Positions 16,963-26,747 of a stretch of 36,972 nucleotides of DNA are shown here, piece by piece (positions within the stretch are counted from its first letter, which is position 1; the number at the start of each line of letters is the position of its first letter). The notes under the pieces are model-generated. The model was not told the DNA's origin and made no database searches. It was given only the letters and a program-made list of their open reading frames with translations. The translations under genes and the position numbers were made by a program. This DNA comes from an uncultured Candidatus Saccharibacteria bacterium (GTDB lineage Bacteria; Patescibacteriota; Minisyncoccia; Sungbacterales; SURF-37), in contig CAZDKA010000004.1 of NCBI GenBank assembly GCA_964505815.1, positions 1-36,972 of the forward strand, written 5' to 3'.

Positions 16963-18783
16963 ATGGCCATATTGGGATTCGGAAAAAAAGAAAAATCCCC
17001 GCAAGAAATCTTTCCGGTCTTCCCGGAAGAGATTTACCGTGCCGCCGAGGTGACTCTGAAAGATGTCATCGCGCCGGCGGCCCTTGAGATCAACCCGGGT
17101 TTTATCAGATTGGGCGAGCGCCTCGCGCGCACTCTTTTTGTTTTTTCCTACCCGAGATTTCTCCACACCAACTGGTTTTCGCCTATAGTCAACCTTGATA
17201 AGGTTTTTGAAATCGCTATATTCATCCATCCGGTTGACACCGCAATAATCCTACGCGAATTGAGAAAACAGGTGGCCCGCGTCCAGTCGCAAATAGGGCT
17301 TCGCGAAGAAAAAGGGCTGGTTCGCGACCCCATGCTTGATACGGCATACCGCGACCTGGAAGTTCTCCGCGACAGGTTACAGCAGACACAGGAGCGTCTT
17401 TTCAACGTCGGGCTCTATATCACTATTTATGGCGCAAATGAGCACGAGCTGGACAAAGCCGAGAGCGAGATACGTTCAATGATGGAGTCAAAGTTAATCT
17501 ACGTAAAACCCGCGCTTTTCCAGCAGGAAGAAGGATTCAACTCCACCCTGCCCTTAAACACCGACCGGCTGCTCATCCACAACTACTTAAACTCCGGTCC
17601 GGTCTCATCCACTTTTCCTTTTGTATCTTTTGATCTCACTTCAAACAGAGGCATCTTATACGGCATCAACCGCCACAATAATTCATTGGTTCTTTTTGAC
17701 CGCTGGACACTTGAAAACGCAAATTCGGTGACTTTCGCCGTATCGGGCGCCGGCAAATCGTACGCGACCAAGCTTGAAATCCTGCGCTCGCTTATGTTCG
17801 GCGCGGAAGTTATAGTAATTGACCCGGAAAGAGAATATAAATACCTTTCCGACACCATAGGCGGGGCCTACTTTAACATTTCTTTGACCTCGCCCCACCA
17901 CATAAATCCCTTTGACCTTCCGATGCCGCGCGAGGACGAAGCGCCCTCGGACGTCCTCCGCTCAAACATCATCAACTTAATCGGGCTTTTTCGCATAATG
18001 CTCGGCGGCCTAACCCCTACGGAGGACGCGATACTTGATAGAGCCATCACCGAAACCTACGCCGCAAGAGATATAACTCCTGAATCCGATTTCAGCAAAA
18101 TCACTTCACCGATCCTCTCGGATCTCGCCCTGGTCCTGGCTAACACCGAAGGCGGAGACGAGCTTGCGGTGAAGCTAAAAAAATATACGGAAGGCACCTG
18201 GGCGGGTTTCTTAAACCAGCAAACCAACATCAATGTTCAAAACCGGCTCGTGGTTTTCTCGGTTAGAGACATGGAGGAAGAGCTCCGGCCAGTCGCGATG
18301 TACATAGTTCTCCACTACATATGGAATATAGTGCGCTCCGAGTTGAAAAAGCGGCTTTTGGTGGTGGATGAGGCCTGGTGGCTGATGCGTCATGAGGATG
18401 GGGCCTCGTTCCTTTTTGGTATTGCCAAGCGCGCCAGAAAATACTATCTCGGCCTCTCAACTATTACCCAGGACGTTTCCGACTTCCTCGGCTCGCCGTA
18501 TGGCCGACCCATAGTTACCAATTCTTCGATGCAACTCCTGTTGAAACAGTCGCCGGCGACTATCAAAAACCTTGTGGAAACATTCAGTCTTACTGAGGAA
18601 GAAAAATTTCTGCTCCTTGAATCAGAGGTCGGCGAGGGAATTTTCTTTGCCGGCCTGAAACACGTCGCAATAAAGGTCATTGCTTCCTATACCGAAGACC
18701 AGATAATCACCACCGACCCTGCACAGCTCTTGCTTATTAAAAAGGCCAAAGAAGAGTTCCAAAAGACAGGAGGCGCGGGATAA
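16963..18783 (+). CDS. virB4: VirB4-family T4SS ATPase
   Basis: LYGIN, Walker A AVSGAGKS, IVIDPEREY, HINPFD, Walker B LLVVDEAW, RARKY, ITQ, VGEGIFF. Confidence 0.9.
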   Translation: MAILGFGKKEKSPQEIFPVFPEEIYRAAEVTLKDVIAPAALEINPGFIRLGERLARTLFVFSYPRFLHTNWFSPIVNLDKVFEIAIFIHPVDTAIILRELRKQVARVQSQIGLREEKGLVRDPMLDTAYRDLEVLRDRLQQTQERLFNVGLYITIYGANEHELDKAESEIRSMMESKLIYVKPALFQQEEGFNSTLPLNTDRLLIHNYLNSGPVSSTFPFVSFDLTSNRGILYGINRHNNSLVLFDRWTLENANSVTFAVSGAGKSYATKLEILRSLMFGAEVIVIDPEREYKYLSDTIGGAYFNISLTSPHHINPFDLPMPREDEAPSDVLRSNIINLIGLFRIMLGGLTPTEDAILDRAITETYAARDITPESDFSKITSPILSDLALVLANTEGGDELAVKLKKYTEGTWAGFLNQQTNINVQNRLVVFSVRDMEEELRPVAMYIVLHYIWNIVRSELKKRLLVVDEAWWLMRHEDGASFLFGIAKRARKYYLGLSTITQDVSDFLGSPYGRPIVTNSSMQLLLKQSPATIKNLVETFSLTEEEKFLLLESEVGEGIFFAGLKHVAIKVIASYTEDQIITTDPAQLLLIKKAKEEFQKTGGAG

Positions 18784-18800
18784 AGGGCTTTGCGTTGCCA

Positions 18801-18909
18801 GTTTTTAGTTAATAGTTATTAGTTTTAGTTTAAAGTTATTGGTTTTGGTTACGTTTCGAAAAACTATAACTAAAAAACAGAAAACTTAAACCAAAAACCA
18901 ATAACTAAG
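18801..18909. repeat. Heptamer/hexamer-arm palindrome
   Basis: AGTTTTT/AGTTAAT/AGTTATT arm...AACTAAA/AACCAAA/AACCAAT arm. Confidence 0.65.
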
Positions 18910-18934
18910 AACAAGGCATTTAAATAAAATTCGC

Positions 18935-19495
18935 ATGGATGGCATTGAAGCGCCGGGGTTCGGCGCAACAACTGAAGAAGTGGAGGCGGAAGAAAAGCGT
19001 CCTCTGCCCAAAACCGGGGAGCGGCCCTCCGCCAGAACCAAAGGGACCGCGGGCAGGCCGCAAATCTCGGCTACACAAGGCGGTCTTCTTATCGGAACAG
19101 CGGCTTTTTTTGACGGAGCTCAATTTATTATTGGGGCCTTATCGGGTCTTACAGTAATTCTCTTGCCGCTCGGCGTTGCCGCCGGCTGGATAATAGACGC
19201 TGCTGCTTGGATGACTTTCTTCTTTTGGCTGCATTCCTTGGGATCGGGTATGATAAAAAAAGGAGGACAAGGCGCGGCAGGGCTAGGCAGAGAACCGTTC
19301 ATTATAATCGCGCTCGCTTTCGGTATAGAGTTTATACCTATTATCAACGCGCTCCCGGCGTGGACCGCTGCGATTGCTACTCTCGTCTTTCGGCAACGAA
19401 TCATGGCCCTCGCTTCACTAGCTGGTCCGGGCGGAACAGCTTCGTTGTTAAAAAAGGCAATTCCCAAAACAAAAACAGAGCAACAAGTAAAATGA
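18935..19495 (+). CDS. Membrane protein in the T4SS-like cluster
   Basis: Several hydrophobic segments; EFIPIINALPAWT motif. Confidence 0.75.
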   Translation: MDGIEAPGFGATTEEVEAEEKRPLPKTGERPSARTKGTAGRPQISATQGGLLIGTAAFFDGAQFIIGALSGLTVILLPLGVAAGWIIDAAAWMTFFFWLHSLGSGMIKKGGQGAAGLGREPFIIIALAFGIEFIPIINALPAWTAAIATLVFRQRIMALASLAGPGGTASLLKKAIPKTKTEQQVK

Positions 19496-19504
19496 ATATC
19501 TCTC

Positions 19505-19790
19505 GGCATCCCAAAAATTTTCTAGAACTCCGATTTTTACAAATGGAGTGATACTCAGCATGCCGTTTATTTTTCTCGCCTATTTCTTTTAGAAAATCGC
19601 TTCGCGATTTTCACGCCCAAGGATCCCAAATTTGCCTCCTCGGCAAATTCCTGGGCTCCGCCGAGCTAAGCTCGGCTCCGCCCGTCGCAAAGCTATTAAA
19701 ACGCTTTGCGACCCAGCCCGATGAAAAATAAACGGCATGCCTCGCTTACCATGATACAAAATCTCCGTAATAGAAAATTTTTGGAATGCC
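19505..19790. repeat. Nested inverted-repeat element
   Basis: Outer IR 19505-19524/19771-19790 (1 mismatch); inner perfect 18-bp IR 19558-19575/19723-19740; contains a 65-bp unit (19615-19679) repeated at 36908-36972. Confidence 0.75.
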
Positions 19791-19876
19791 TCGCTTGAAT
19801 GTAGAATTGAATCATCAAACCGAGGAAGAAAAAATGGAATACCTCGTTTGGGATGAAAAATACATAAAAAGTTAAT

Positions 19877-20848
19877 ATGAAAGCCGTAATCACGTTTTTC
19901 CTACTCCTTCTCATTCTTGCCGTTATCTTTCCCTGGGCGAGCGCTCAGTTTGCCCAGAATCTTGCCGTTGTGTTTGATCCGCCGTTTCCAAAAGTTGGCG
20001 GCGAAGTCACGGCCAAAGCCGTACTTACCGGCGCCGATTCCTCACTTTCTTCGTTTGAATGGTATAAAAACGGGCGGCGGGAATTGACCGCCTCAGGAAA
20101 AGGCAAAAATACGTTTACTTTTCGGCTCGGCCCGGAAGCAAGAACGGTAATTGACTCTGTCGCCATTACTCCTGACGGCAGCCGCCTTTTGGCAACACAG
20201 GCCATCACCCGCGAACGGCCAATACTTCTTTGGTGGGCAGATACTTCCTCGCCCGCCTGGTATAAAGGCAAGGCCTCGCCGAGCTCCGGCTCCACCGTAA
20301 CTATCTTTGCCGTTCCCGGCTCCGGATTTGGCGAACGCTCATCTGACCTTGTCTACTCATGGAGTGTCAACGTGGAGCCGCGTCCGGAAATTTCAGGCAC
20401 AGGTAGAGATCATTTCACGCTCAAGGTCTCGCGGGTCTCCGACGTTATTCAGCAGGTGAACATCAGAATCTCAAACTCCGCGAAAACCATTGCCCAGGAA
20501 GCAACGCTTCTCCTGCCCACCATAAGACCTGAAATCCTTGTTTATAAGCTTCTGCCGACCGGCGGAATTGATTTCTCAAAATTAGTAACGCTTTTCGCCG
20601 GAGAATCCGGGGGGACATTTGATTTTGCCGCCGTTCCGTTTTTCTTCCGCTCCGATCATCTCTCAACTCTGAAATACAACTGGCGGATAAACGATCGGGC
20701 TTTGGATAGTACGGCCAAGGATCCTCATGTATTAAGTTTAAAAACAAGGTCAGGCGATGTGTCGCAAAATGCCATAACGGTGCGGGCGGCCGGCAGCGGA
20801 GCTGACGCCCAAGAGGCCGAATCTGCTTTTACGGCGAGTTTTCGCTAA
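19877..20848 (+). CDS. Secreted beta-rich (Ig-like) protein
   Basis: Signal peptide (ASA); three repeats of the F/Y-x-W pattern (FEWYKNG, YSWSVN, YNWRIND). Confidence 0.75.
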   Translation: MKAVITFFLLLLILAVIFPWASAQFAQNLAVVFDPPFPKVGGEVTAKAVLTGADSSLSSFEWYKNGRRELTASGKGKNTFTFRLGPEARTVIDSVAITPDGSRLLATQAITRERPILLWWADTSSPAWYKGKASPSSGSTVTIFAVPGSGFGERSSDLVYSWSVNVEPRPEISGTGRDHFTLKVSRVSDVIQQVNIRISNSAKTIAQEATLLLPTIRPEILVYKLLPTGGIDFSKLVTLFAGESGGTFDFAAVPFFFRSDHLSTLKYNWRINDRALDSTAKDPHVLSLKTRSGDVSQNAITVRAAGSGADAQEAESAFTASFR

Positions 20849-20854
20849 ACAACA

Positions 20855-21259
20855 ATGAAATTATTCTTCTTTGCTGCCATTCTTTTTTTTGTGATCACCT
20901 TAACTGTGTTCGGAGGGTTTTTGACTTCGGCGCAAGTTCAAGTACAGATTCAAGGAGGCCAGCCCGTCTCCGCGCAATCCGAACCCCCCTCTTCACCATC
21001 GTCATTTCTGGATAATCTCTATGTTTGGATGTTGGGCATTGTCGGTCTTGCGAGTTTGTTTGCGCTCGTCTGGGGCGGTGTTCTCTACATTTTTTCGGGC
21101 GCTATTGAATCCACTGCTGAAGCAAAAAAGTGGATGACCAACGCTTTTTGGGGCCTGCTTATCGCCGGCGCTTCCTACCTGATTCTTCGCACCATAAATC
21201 CGGAACTGGTTAAAAAATTTAACATTGAAAGCATTATCCAGCAAAGAACTCCGCCTTAA
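20855..21259 (+). CDS. TrbC/VirB2-like T4SS pilin
   Basis: Signal peptide; two hydrophobic helices LVWGGVLYIFSG...EAKKWMTNAFWGLLI..SYLILRTINPEL. Confidence 0.8.
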   Translation: MKLFFFAAILFFVITLTVFGGFLTSAQVQVQIQGGQPVSAQSEPPSSPSSFLDNLYVWMLGIVGLASLFALVWGGVLYIFSGAIESTAEAKKWMTNAFWGLLIAGASYLILRTINPELVKKFNIESIIQQRTPP

Positions 21260-21270
21260 AAATAAATCCT

Positions 21271-22467
21271 ATGGAAACGCGCAATCGTCAAATCCTCATA
21301 ATTTTTATCGGCGTCCTGATCCTCGGAGGAATCGGGTTCTTCTTATATCGCCTTTTTGCCCCAGAGGGGCCAACGCCGGCCGGAAAAGCGCCTTCTCTGT
21401 TTGGAAGATTACCGATTATTGGGGGACGGCCGGGACCCGAAGTTCCGGCCGCGCCTCCCGCGGAAGGGATACCTCAGGGGGCCGTACCTCCACGAGAAGA
21501 GCGACGCCGTTTGATACAAATCACCGATGAACCGGTTATCGGCATCGCGCTTGATGCCAAACAGCAAAAAGTTCTCTACTACAAAAAACGCGACGGGCAT
21601 CTTCTCGCCAACAGCTTCACCGGCGGAGCTCAAGAGACCGTTTCCAATCTAACCATCTTGAACATCATTGAGGTGCTCTGGTCGCCTAATCAAAGAAAAG
21701 CGGTCATTCTTTATCAAGATGGCGAGGCGCTAAAAAAATTCATTACTGAAGCGACGTCAACGCCCAAAGTGGCTTTCTTGCCGGAGGCCGCCGTGTCGCC
21801 GGCTTGGGCGCCTGATGCTAAAACACTTTTCTGGCTGCAGCGCCAGAACCAAAACTATACACTGGTCAGCTCTGGGCCGGACGGCAAAAATCAGAAGAGC
21901 CGAGGATTCACAACTCCTATCCCCGATCTTCAGCTTCATCTTTTGACCCCGGAGCTTCTGGCCCTTATACCAAAAACCGTTTCTTTCTTTGAAACGCCGC
22001 TTTTTATCTTGAACCTACGGACTCTTTCCCAAAACACCGCCGCAGTCAACTTCGGAATGACGGCGCTCGGCGACAGCGACGCTGCCGCACAATTTATTGC
22101 CTATTCGCCCTCAAGCAGAATCGGAACACTCCGGGACTTGCACACGCTTGATGTTAAAACCGGAAAAGACACGGCTTGGCCGATAAAAACCATTGCCGAA
22201 AAATGCGTCTTCGGACAAGGTGCATCCGCTCTCTTCTGCGCCGTTCCCCGGCTACTTCCCGATAAAGACCTGCCCGAGGCCTGGTTCCAGGGCAAAGTTT
22301 CTTTCTCGGATACCATTGTCCGCATGAATCTGGGAACCGGCCGGGCTGAACAAATTTTTGACGAAGGCGACTATGATGCCACTAACCTCGTTGTCTCTGA
22401 CGACGGCAAACGGGTTTTCTTCATAGACAAAAAAACGGGATTCCTCTACGGCCTCTTCCTTGAGTAA
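21271..22467 (+). CDS. Membrane-anchored TolB-like beta-propeller protein
   Basis: N-terminal TM, Pro linker, repeats WSPNQRK, WAPDAKT, YSPSS, VSDDGKRVFF. Confidence 0.75.
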   Translation: METRNRQILIIFIGVLILGGIGFFLYRLFAPEGPTPAGKAPSLFGRLPIIGGRPGPEVPAAPPAEGIPQGAVPPREERRRLIQITDEPVIGIALDAKQQKVLYYKKRDGHLLANSFTGGAQETVSNLTILNIIEVLWSPNQRKAVILYQDGEALKKFITEATSTPKVAFLPEAAVSPAWAPDAKTLFWLQRQNQNYTLVSSGPDGKNQKSRGFTTPIPDLQLHLLTPELLALIPKTVSFFETPLFILNLRTLSQNTAAVNFGMTALGDSDAAAQFIAYSPSSRIGTLRDLHTLDVKTGKDTAWPIKTIAEKCVFGQGASALFCAVPRLLPDKDLPEAWFQGKVSFSDTIVRMNLGTGRAEQIFDEGDYDATNLVVSDDGKRVFFIDKKTGFLYGLFLE

Positions 22468-22578
22468 CTAACGACAAACAACTTACGACTCACAACAAAA
22501 CGCCGAGATCAAAACGCCCGGCGTTTGTTGTTTTTGATTAATCGTCAGTCGTTAGTCGTCAGTTGTTGGTCGTTAGTC
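22466..22578. repeat. Heptamer-arm palindrome between convergent genes
   Basis: AACTAACGACAAACAACTTACGACT...AGTCGTTAGTCGTCAGTTGTTGGTCGTTAGT. Confidence 0.65.
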
Positions 22579-22580
22579 AA

Positions 22581-23063
22581 CTACGGATAGGGCTTGATAA
22601 CCACTCTCCTTCGCTCGCCCTCGCCAATGGACTCGGTGGTGATGTCCGGATATTCGGCAAGAGCAATATGTATGATTCTCCGCTCAAAGGCCGACATCGG
22701 TTTTAACACAAGTTCTTTGCGGTAAAGACGGACTTTTTTGGCCACTTGCTTGGCTTCTTCTTTCAGGGCATCAATCGCGTGCAGGCGGTAGCCGTTAATG
22801 TCAAGAAAAAATCTGGGGCGCTCGGCGTCCTTTATTTCTTTTTCGGTCATCCGCTTGATTAAGTGCTCAAGAGCAAGGAGATTCTCGGCTCCGGCGCCTA
22901 TAAGCAACCCTGCGTCCGGCGTGACAATATTTATATAGAATGACGCGACTTCGGGATGTTCTTCTCGCTCGAGCGAGGCCTCAATCCCGGCCCGCTCAAG
23001 TATTTCTTTAATTTTCGCGATGACAACTTCAGTTGTTTGCTCTCCTGAAATTACTGCGTCCAT
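22581..23063 (-). CDS. jag: Jag/KhpB RNA-binding protein (KH + R3H)
   Basis: GLLIG..ENLLALEHL, LDINGYR, PMSAFERRIIH, TESIGEGERRRVVI; downstream of yidC. Confidence 0.9.
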   Translation of the reverse strand: MDAVISGEQTTEVVIAKIKEILERAGIEASLEREEHPEVASFYINIVTPDAGLLIGAGAENLLALEHLIKRMTEKEIKDAERPRFFLDINGYRLHAIDALKEEAKQVAKKVRLYRKELVLKPMSAFERRIIHIALAEYPDITTESIGEGERRRVVIKPYP

Positions 23064-23066
23064 GGC

Positions 23067-23789
23067 TTATGAAAAATACTTTCTGATCCAAATTTGCTCC
23101 ACTATAGCAAAGAGGTTCATGGTTGTCCAATAAAGCGGGAGCGCTGAAGGCAGGGAGAAGGACCAGACGGCGATAAGCGCCGGAAACAAATATTTGGTCT
23201 GAAGCGACAAGATTTTGGAAAGGTCGGGTTCCATGGCGCGATTGCTTTTAACGGTCGGCGGCTCGGGCTGGGGCATGAGACGCGCCTGAATAAATTGTGT
23301 CAGGCCGGCAAGAATGGCGAGCCCAATACTTGCTTCGGTCAGGTTAACAATGCCGAACATCGTTGAGCCGAACTCCGACGGGGCTCTGATAAAAGAATAG
23401 AGTGAACCGACGTCCAGCGGCGAGAGCCCTTTCCAAAAAACATTGTAAAGCGCTATCAAAAGCGGAAGCTGAATCAGAATCGGCAGGCAGCCGGAAAACG
23501 GATTCACTTTTGCTTCGCCGTAAAGCGCCATGAGGCGCTTGGCCTGTTCATCTTTCCGGTCCTTATATTTTTCCTGGATTTCTTTGATTTTTGGCGACAA
23601 CTCGCGAAGGGCGGCCTGGCTCCGGAACATGCGAACCGTTGCCGGGAACAGCATCAGGCGGACGGCCAGGGTCAGAATAATTATGGCGAGGCCAAGGTCG
23701 GCAAACGGAAGAATTGAATAAATAAAAACAAGTCCGTTGAACAACGGCCTGTATAAAACCTCATTATAAACCACGTAAAGTATGCCCAT
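23067..23789 (-). CDS. yidC: Membrane protein insertase YidC (short form)
   Basis: GLAIIILTLAVRL, PKIKEIQEKYK, NPFSGCLPILIQLP, PSALPLYW. Confidence 0.95.
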   Translation of the reverse strand: MGILYVVYNEVLYRPLFNGLVFIYSILPFADLGLAIIILTLAVRLMLFPATVRMFRSQAALRELSPKIKEIQEKYKDRKDEQAKRLMALYGEAKVNPFSGCLPILIQLPLLIALYNVFWKGLSPLDVGSLYSFIRAPSEFGSTMFGIVNLTEASIGLAILAGLTQFIQARLMPQPEPPTVKSNRAMEPDLSKILSLQTKYLFPALIAVWSFSLPSALPLYWTTMNLFAIVEQIWIRKYFS

Positions 23790-23814
23790 TTTGCTGTATT
23801 TGCTCTACTTAAAT

Positions 23815-23916
23815 AAAATCCGAAGCTCAAAACACAAAACTCAAAACAAATCTAAAATTCCAAATCCGAATGTTCTAAACACGTTTAGGATTTAGAGTTT
23901 CGGGTTTAGGGTTTTC
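23815..23916. repeat. Heptamer-arm palindrome overlapping the yidD 3' end
   Basis: AAATCCG/AAGCTCA/AAACACA arm...TTTAGGA/TTTAGAG/TTTCGGG arm; encodes the YidD tail NPKPETLNPK. Confidence 0.65.
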
Positions 23917-24141
23917 TAGTACGGGGTCGTAGCCGCCCTTCATCCACGGGTTGCATCGCAAAATCCGTAAAAGCGATGCCATAAAACCCTTCCTAAGTCC
24001 ATATTGACGGATGGACTCCGCCGCATATTGTGAACAGGAAGGATAAAATCGGCATCGCCCAAAGCCGGAGAGACCTCCGACAAGATCCGGCGAGAACACA
24101 TTCTGCCAAATACGTATTGAGAGGAGTGCGAATTTGATCAT
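23875..24141 (-). CDS. yidD: Membrane protein insertion efficiency factor YidD
   Basis: CRFYPSCSQYA, RILRCNPW.GGYDPV. Confidence 0.93.
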   Translation of the reverse strand: MIKFALLSIRIWQNVFSPDLVGGLSGFGRCRFYPSCSQYAAESIRQYGLRKGFMASLLRILRCNPWMKGGYDPVLENPKPETLNPKRV

Positions 24142-24476
24142 AGAAGGATGGCTCTTTCTAAAAGCTCCCTTAGCTGGAGGTAAAATTTTTTCTGCGCCAG
24201 TTCACGCGACCCTTTTTTGAAAACAAAAACCGCGTCGTACCCGCCAGAATTCTCCACATGCTTTCTCACCCATTCTGATGCTCTACGACGCAGAAGATTC
24301 CGGTCAGAGCTTTTCTTGGCAACCTGACGCGAGGTGATAAAGGCAAAACGGCTGGGTCCCTCGCCCCTGAGAAGGTAACGCAGAGTGGCAATGTTATTTG
24401 AGACGGCGCGCCCCCGACTCAAAACTTTTTTTACGTCGGCTGTCTTGCTTAAACGCCGCTTTCCTGGAAGAGCCAT
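24138..24476 (-). CDS. rnpA: Ribonuclease P protein component
   Basis: RLSK..D.KKV, RFAFITSRQVAKKSSDRNLLRR (RNR-like); lies between rpmH and yidD. Confidence 0.9.
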   Translation of the reverse strand: MALPGKRRLSKTADVKKVLSRGRAVSNNIATLRYLLRGEGPSRFAFITSRQVAKKSSDRNLLRRRASEWVRKHVENSGGYDAVFVFKKGSRELAQKKFYLQLRELLERAILL

Positions 24477-24611
24477 CTATACCGTAAGCCGAGCTCTGCC
24501 TTTGGCCCGCCTTCTTGAAAGCGTTCTCCTCCCTCCGGGCGATCTTGCGCGCACAAGAAATCCGTGAGTCCTCGCTCTTTTCTTCTTTTTTGGCTGATAG
24601 GTAATAGACAT
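24477..24611 (-). CDS. rpmH: 50S ribosomal protein L34
   Basis: Hand translation (not in the ORF track): [44 protein letters not shown]. Confidence 0.95.
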   Translation of the reverse strand: MSITYQPKKKKRARTHGFLVRARSPGGRRTLSRRRAKGRARLTV

Positions 24612-24700
24612 GGGCTCTGATTAATTGCGGCTAATATTAATAATGAAGAAGCCTTACAGAGCATAGCATAAGACACTTTTCTGTCGAAGAAAAGCGCCCG

Positions 24701-24814
24701 CCCCGCTAGAAGTAGTGTGCGTGCTTATGCAGAATCGAAGCCAAATTTTTATAACTTTTATAGAGTAAGGCGAGCTCCGCATGAAAATTTTAGCGCACGC
24801 GACTTCTAGCGGGG
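24701..24814. repeat. CCCCGTTAGA-family element (variant TIR)
   Basis: Perfect 13-bp TIR CCCCGCTAGAAGT/ACTTCTAGCGGGG; degenerate mini-copy at 24986-25019. Confidence 0.7.
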
Positions 24815-25110
24815 TAAATCGTTTTGCACAATATATGAACAGCTTCTTCAGGAAAATAGTATTTTTAGCCCATAGCAGAGAGCTGGCGCGGCCTGTTATA
24901 CTTTCAACAATGTTTTCTCTGAACGCAGAAAGTCGAAAAACCTGAAATCCAACCGAGGATATCTAATTTATAATCCATTCGTTTACCCAGTTAGATAGAG
25001 CTCCGCTCATCTAATGGGGTTAAGGAGGGATTGAAAGCGAATTATTTTGCTTTCTCTGGGGAACGCGAGCCTGCTCAAAAACCTGGCGGGGCCGGGAAGT
25101 ACCCGAACAT

Positions 25111-26505
25111 ATGGATTACAACACATTGTGGAAAGCGGCATTAGCCGAAATAGAGCTTGCCATCCCGCGGGCAAGTTTTGTTACATGGTTTAAAGAAACA
25201 ACGGTAACCGGGGTTGCCGACGGTACAGTTATTGTCTCGGTGCCAAACGGTTTCGCCAGAGAATGGCTGCAGTCCAAGTACAACCGACACATAGTCCGGG
25301 CCCTGCGCAACGTCGGTGGGGATACGGTCCGTGAAATAAGCTACGTCATCGGCAGGGCCGGGGCTGACGCCGAGGCCGCGCTCACCAAAGAAAGAACGAG
25401 GCGGATAAAAGTGTTTGAGCGGGTCGAGCCGCAGGAAATGCAGTTGAAAGATCTTCATACAGATCCCGAAACCGGCCTCAACCCCAGATACACTTTCGAA
25501 AACTTCGTCGTCGGGTCATTCAATGACATTGCGCACGCCGCGAGTCAGGCGGTAATTAAAAACCTCAGCTCGTCCTATAATCCTCTTTTTATCTTCGGCG
25601 GGGTGGGATTAGGCAAAACTCACTTAATACAGGCCATCGGCAACGAAGTCATAAAAACAAAGCCGGGTATTAAAGTAAAATACGTGACCTCCGAAAAGTA
25701 CATGAGTGAAATAGTTGAGGCCATTTCCAACCAGTCCACCAATCGCCAAGCCATGGATCACTTTAAAGAACGCTACCGAAAAATTGACCTGCTTATAGTT
25801 GATGACATCCATTTTATCTCCGGAAAAGAAAAGATGCAGGAGGAGTTTTTTCATACCTTCAACGCCCTGCACCAGCAAAACAAACAAATAATCATCTCTT
25901 CCGACAGGCCGCCCTCGGCAATTCCGGCCCTGGAAAGCCGCTTGCGCTCGCGCTTTGACGGCGGCATGACCGCGCCCATCTCTGAGCCGGATCTTGAAAC
26001 CCGGCTTGCCATATTAAAGACCAAGGCCGAACAAAAGGGGGTTTCCATTCCGGAAGAGTCGCTGCGCTTCATCGCCTCAACCATCAAAGCCAGCATTCGC
26101 GACCTGGAGGGGGCTTTGAACCGGCTGATTTTGAGCACCAAAATGAACTCACTCCCTCCAACCGCCGAGGAAACAAAACGAATTTTGGAACAGTTGACCC
26201 AGGCGCCGAAAAGATTCACCTCACCCAAAAAAGTCATCAAAACCGTGGCTGATTTTTTCGAAATCATGGAGAAAGATCTGGTTAACCAGAGCCGCAGAAA
26301 AGAGATCGTGAAACCTAGACAGATCGCGATGTACATTCTTCGCGAGGAGCTAAGGTGTTCATATCCTTTCATCGGTGAGCGGCTTGGAAAAAAAGACCAC
26401 ACCACGGCGATTCACGCCTTTAAAAAAATAAGTAATGAGCTTAAAAGCAACTCCGATCTTCAAAACGAAGTAAAGGCGATAAAAGAAAAAATTTATTCTG
26501 CTTAA
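25111..26505 (+). CDS. dnaA: Chromosomal replication initiator DnaA
   Basis: YTFENFVVG, YNPLFIFGGVGLGKTHL, QEEFFHTFN, SDRPP, RLRSRF, PRQIAMY, KDHTT. Confidence 0.98.
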   Translation: MDYNTLWKAALAEIELAIPRASFVTWFKETTVTGVADGTVIVSVPNGFAREWLQSKYNRHIVRALRNVGGDTVREISYVIGRAGADAEAALTKERTRRIKVFERVEPQEMQLKDLHTDPETGLNPRYTFENFVVGSFNDIAHAASQAVIKNLSSSYNPLFIFGGVGLGKTHLIQAIGNEVIKTKPGIKVKYVTSEKYMSEIVEAISNQSTNRQAMDHFKERYRKIDLLIVDDIHFISGKEKMQEEFFHTFNALHQQNKQIIISSDRPPSAIPALESRLRSRFDGGMTAPISEPDLETRLAILKTKAEQKGVSIPEESLRFIASTIKASIRDLEGALNRLILSTKMNSLPPTAEETKRILEQLTQAPKRFTSPKKVIKTVADFFEIMEKDLVNQSRRKEIVKPRQIAMYILREELRCSYPFIGERLGKKDHTTAIHAFKKISNELKSNSDLQNEVKAIKEKIYSA

Positions 26506-26745
26506 CTGTGCGCACACTCAGTGTTAGTTGTGCAAAACAACCCATGGGTATTGTGGATGAAAAGTAATGAGGTATCTATTAGTCCACTATAACCTCTTTG
26601 CCTTTCCACAACTTCTCTAGGTTCCTGTAAGGGTACAGGAGAACGATAAACGCGAGCAAACATCAAAAAAATATTTCTTTTTAACAACTTGTTCGTTCTT
26701 AATAACTACAATAATATTCATATATAAATCTATTGTTGTTATGAA
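26506..26745. other. Probable oriC
   Basis: dnaA-dnaN gap with degenerate DnaA boxes (TGTGCAAAA 26529-26537, TGTGGATGA 26552-26560, CTTTCCACA 26602-26610) and an AT-rich tract ~26665-26745. Confidence 0.65.
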
Positions 26746-26747
26746 TT

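Noticed and set aside
8253-22467. Cluster as an ICE or conjugative element
   Set aside because: No integrase, relaxase, coupling protein or att repeats were recognised, and it is embedded among core origin genes.
24449-24676. 75-aa minus-strand ORF
   Set aside because: Wrong frame; the real gene here is rpmH (24477-24611).
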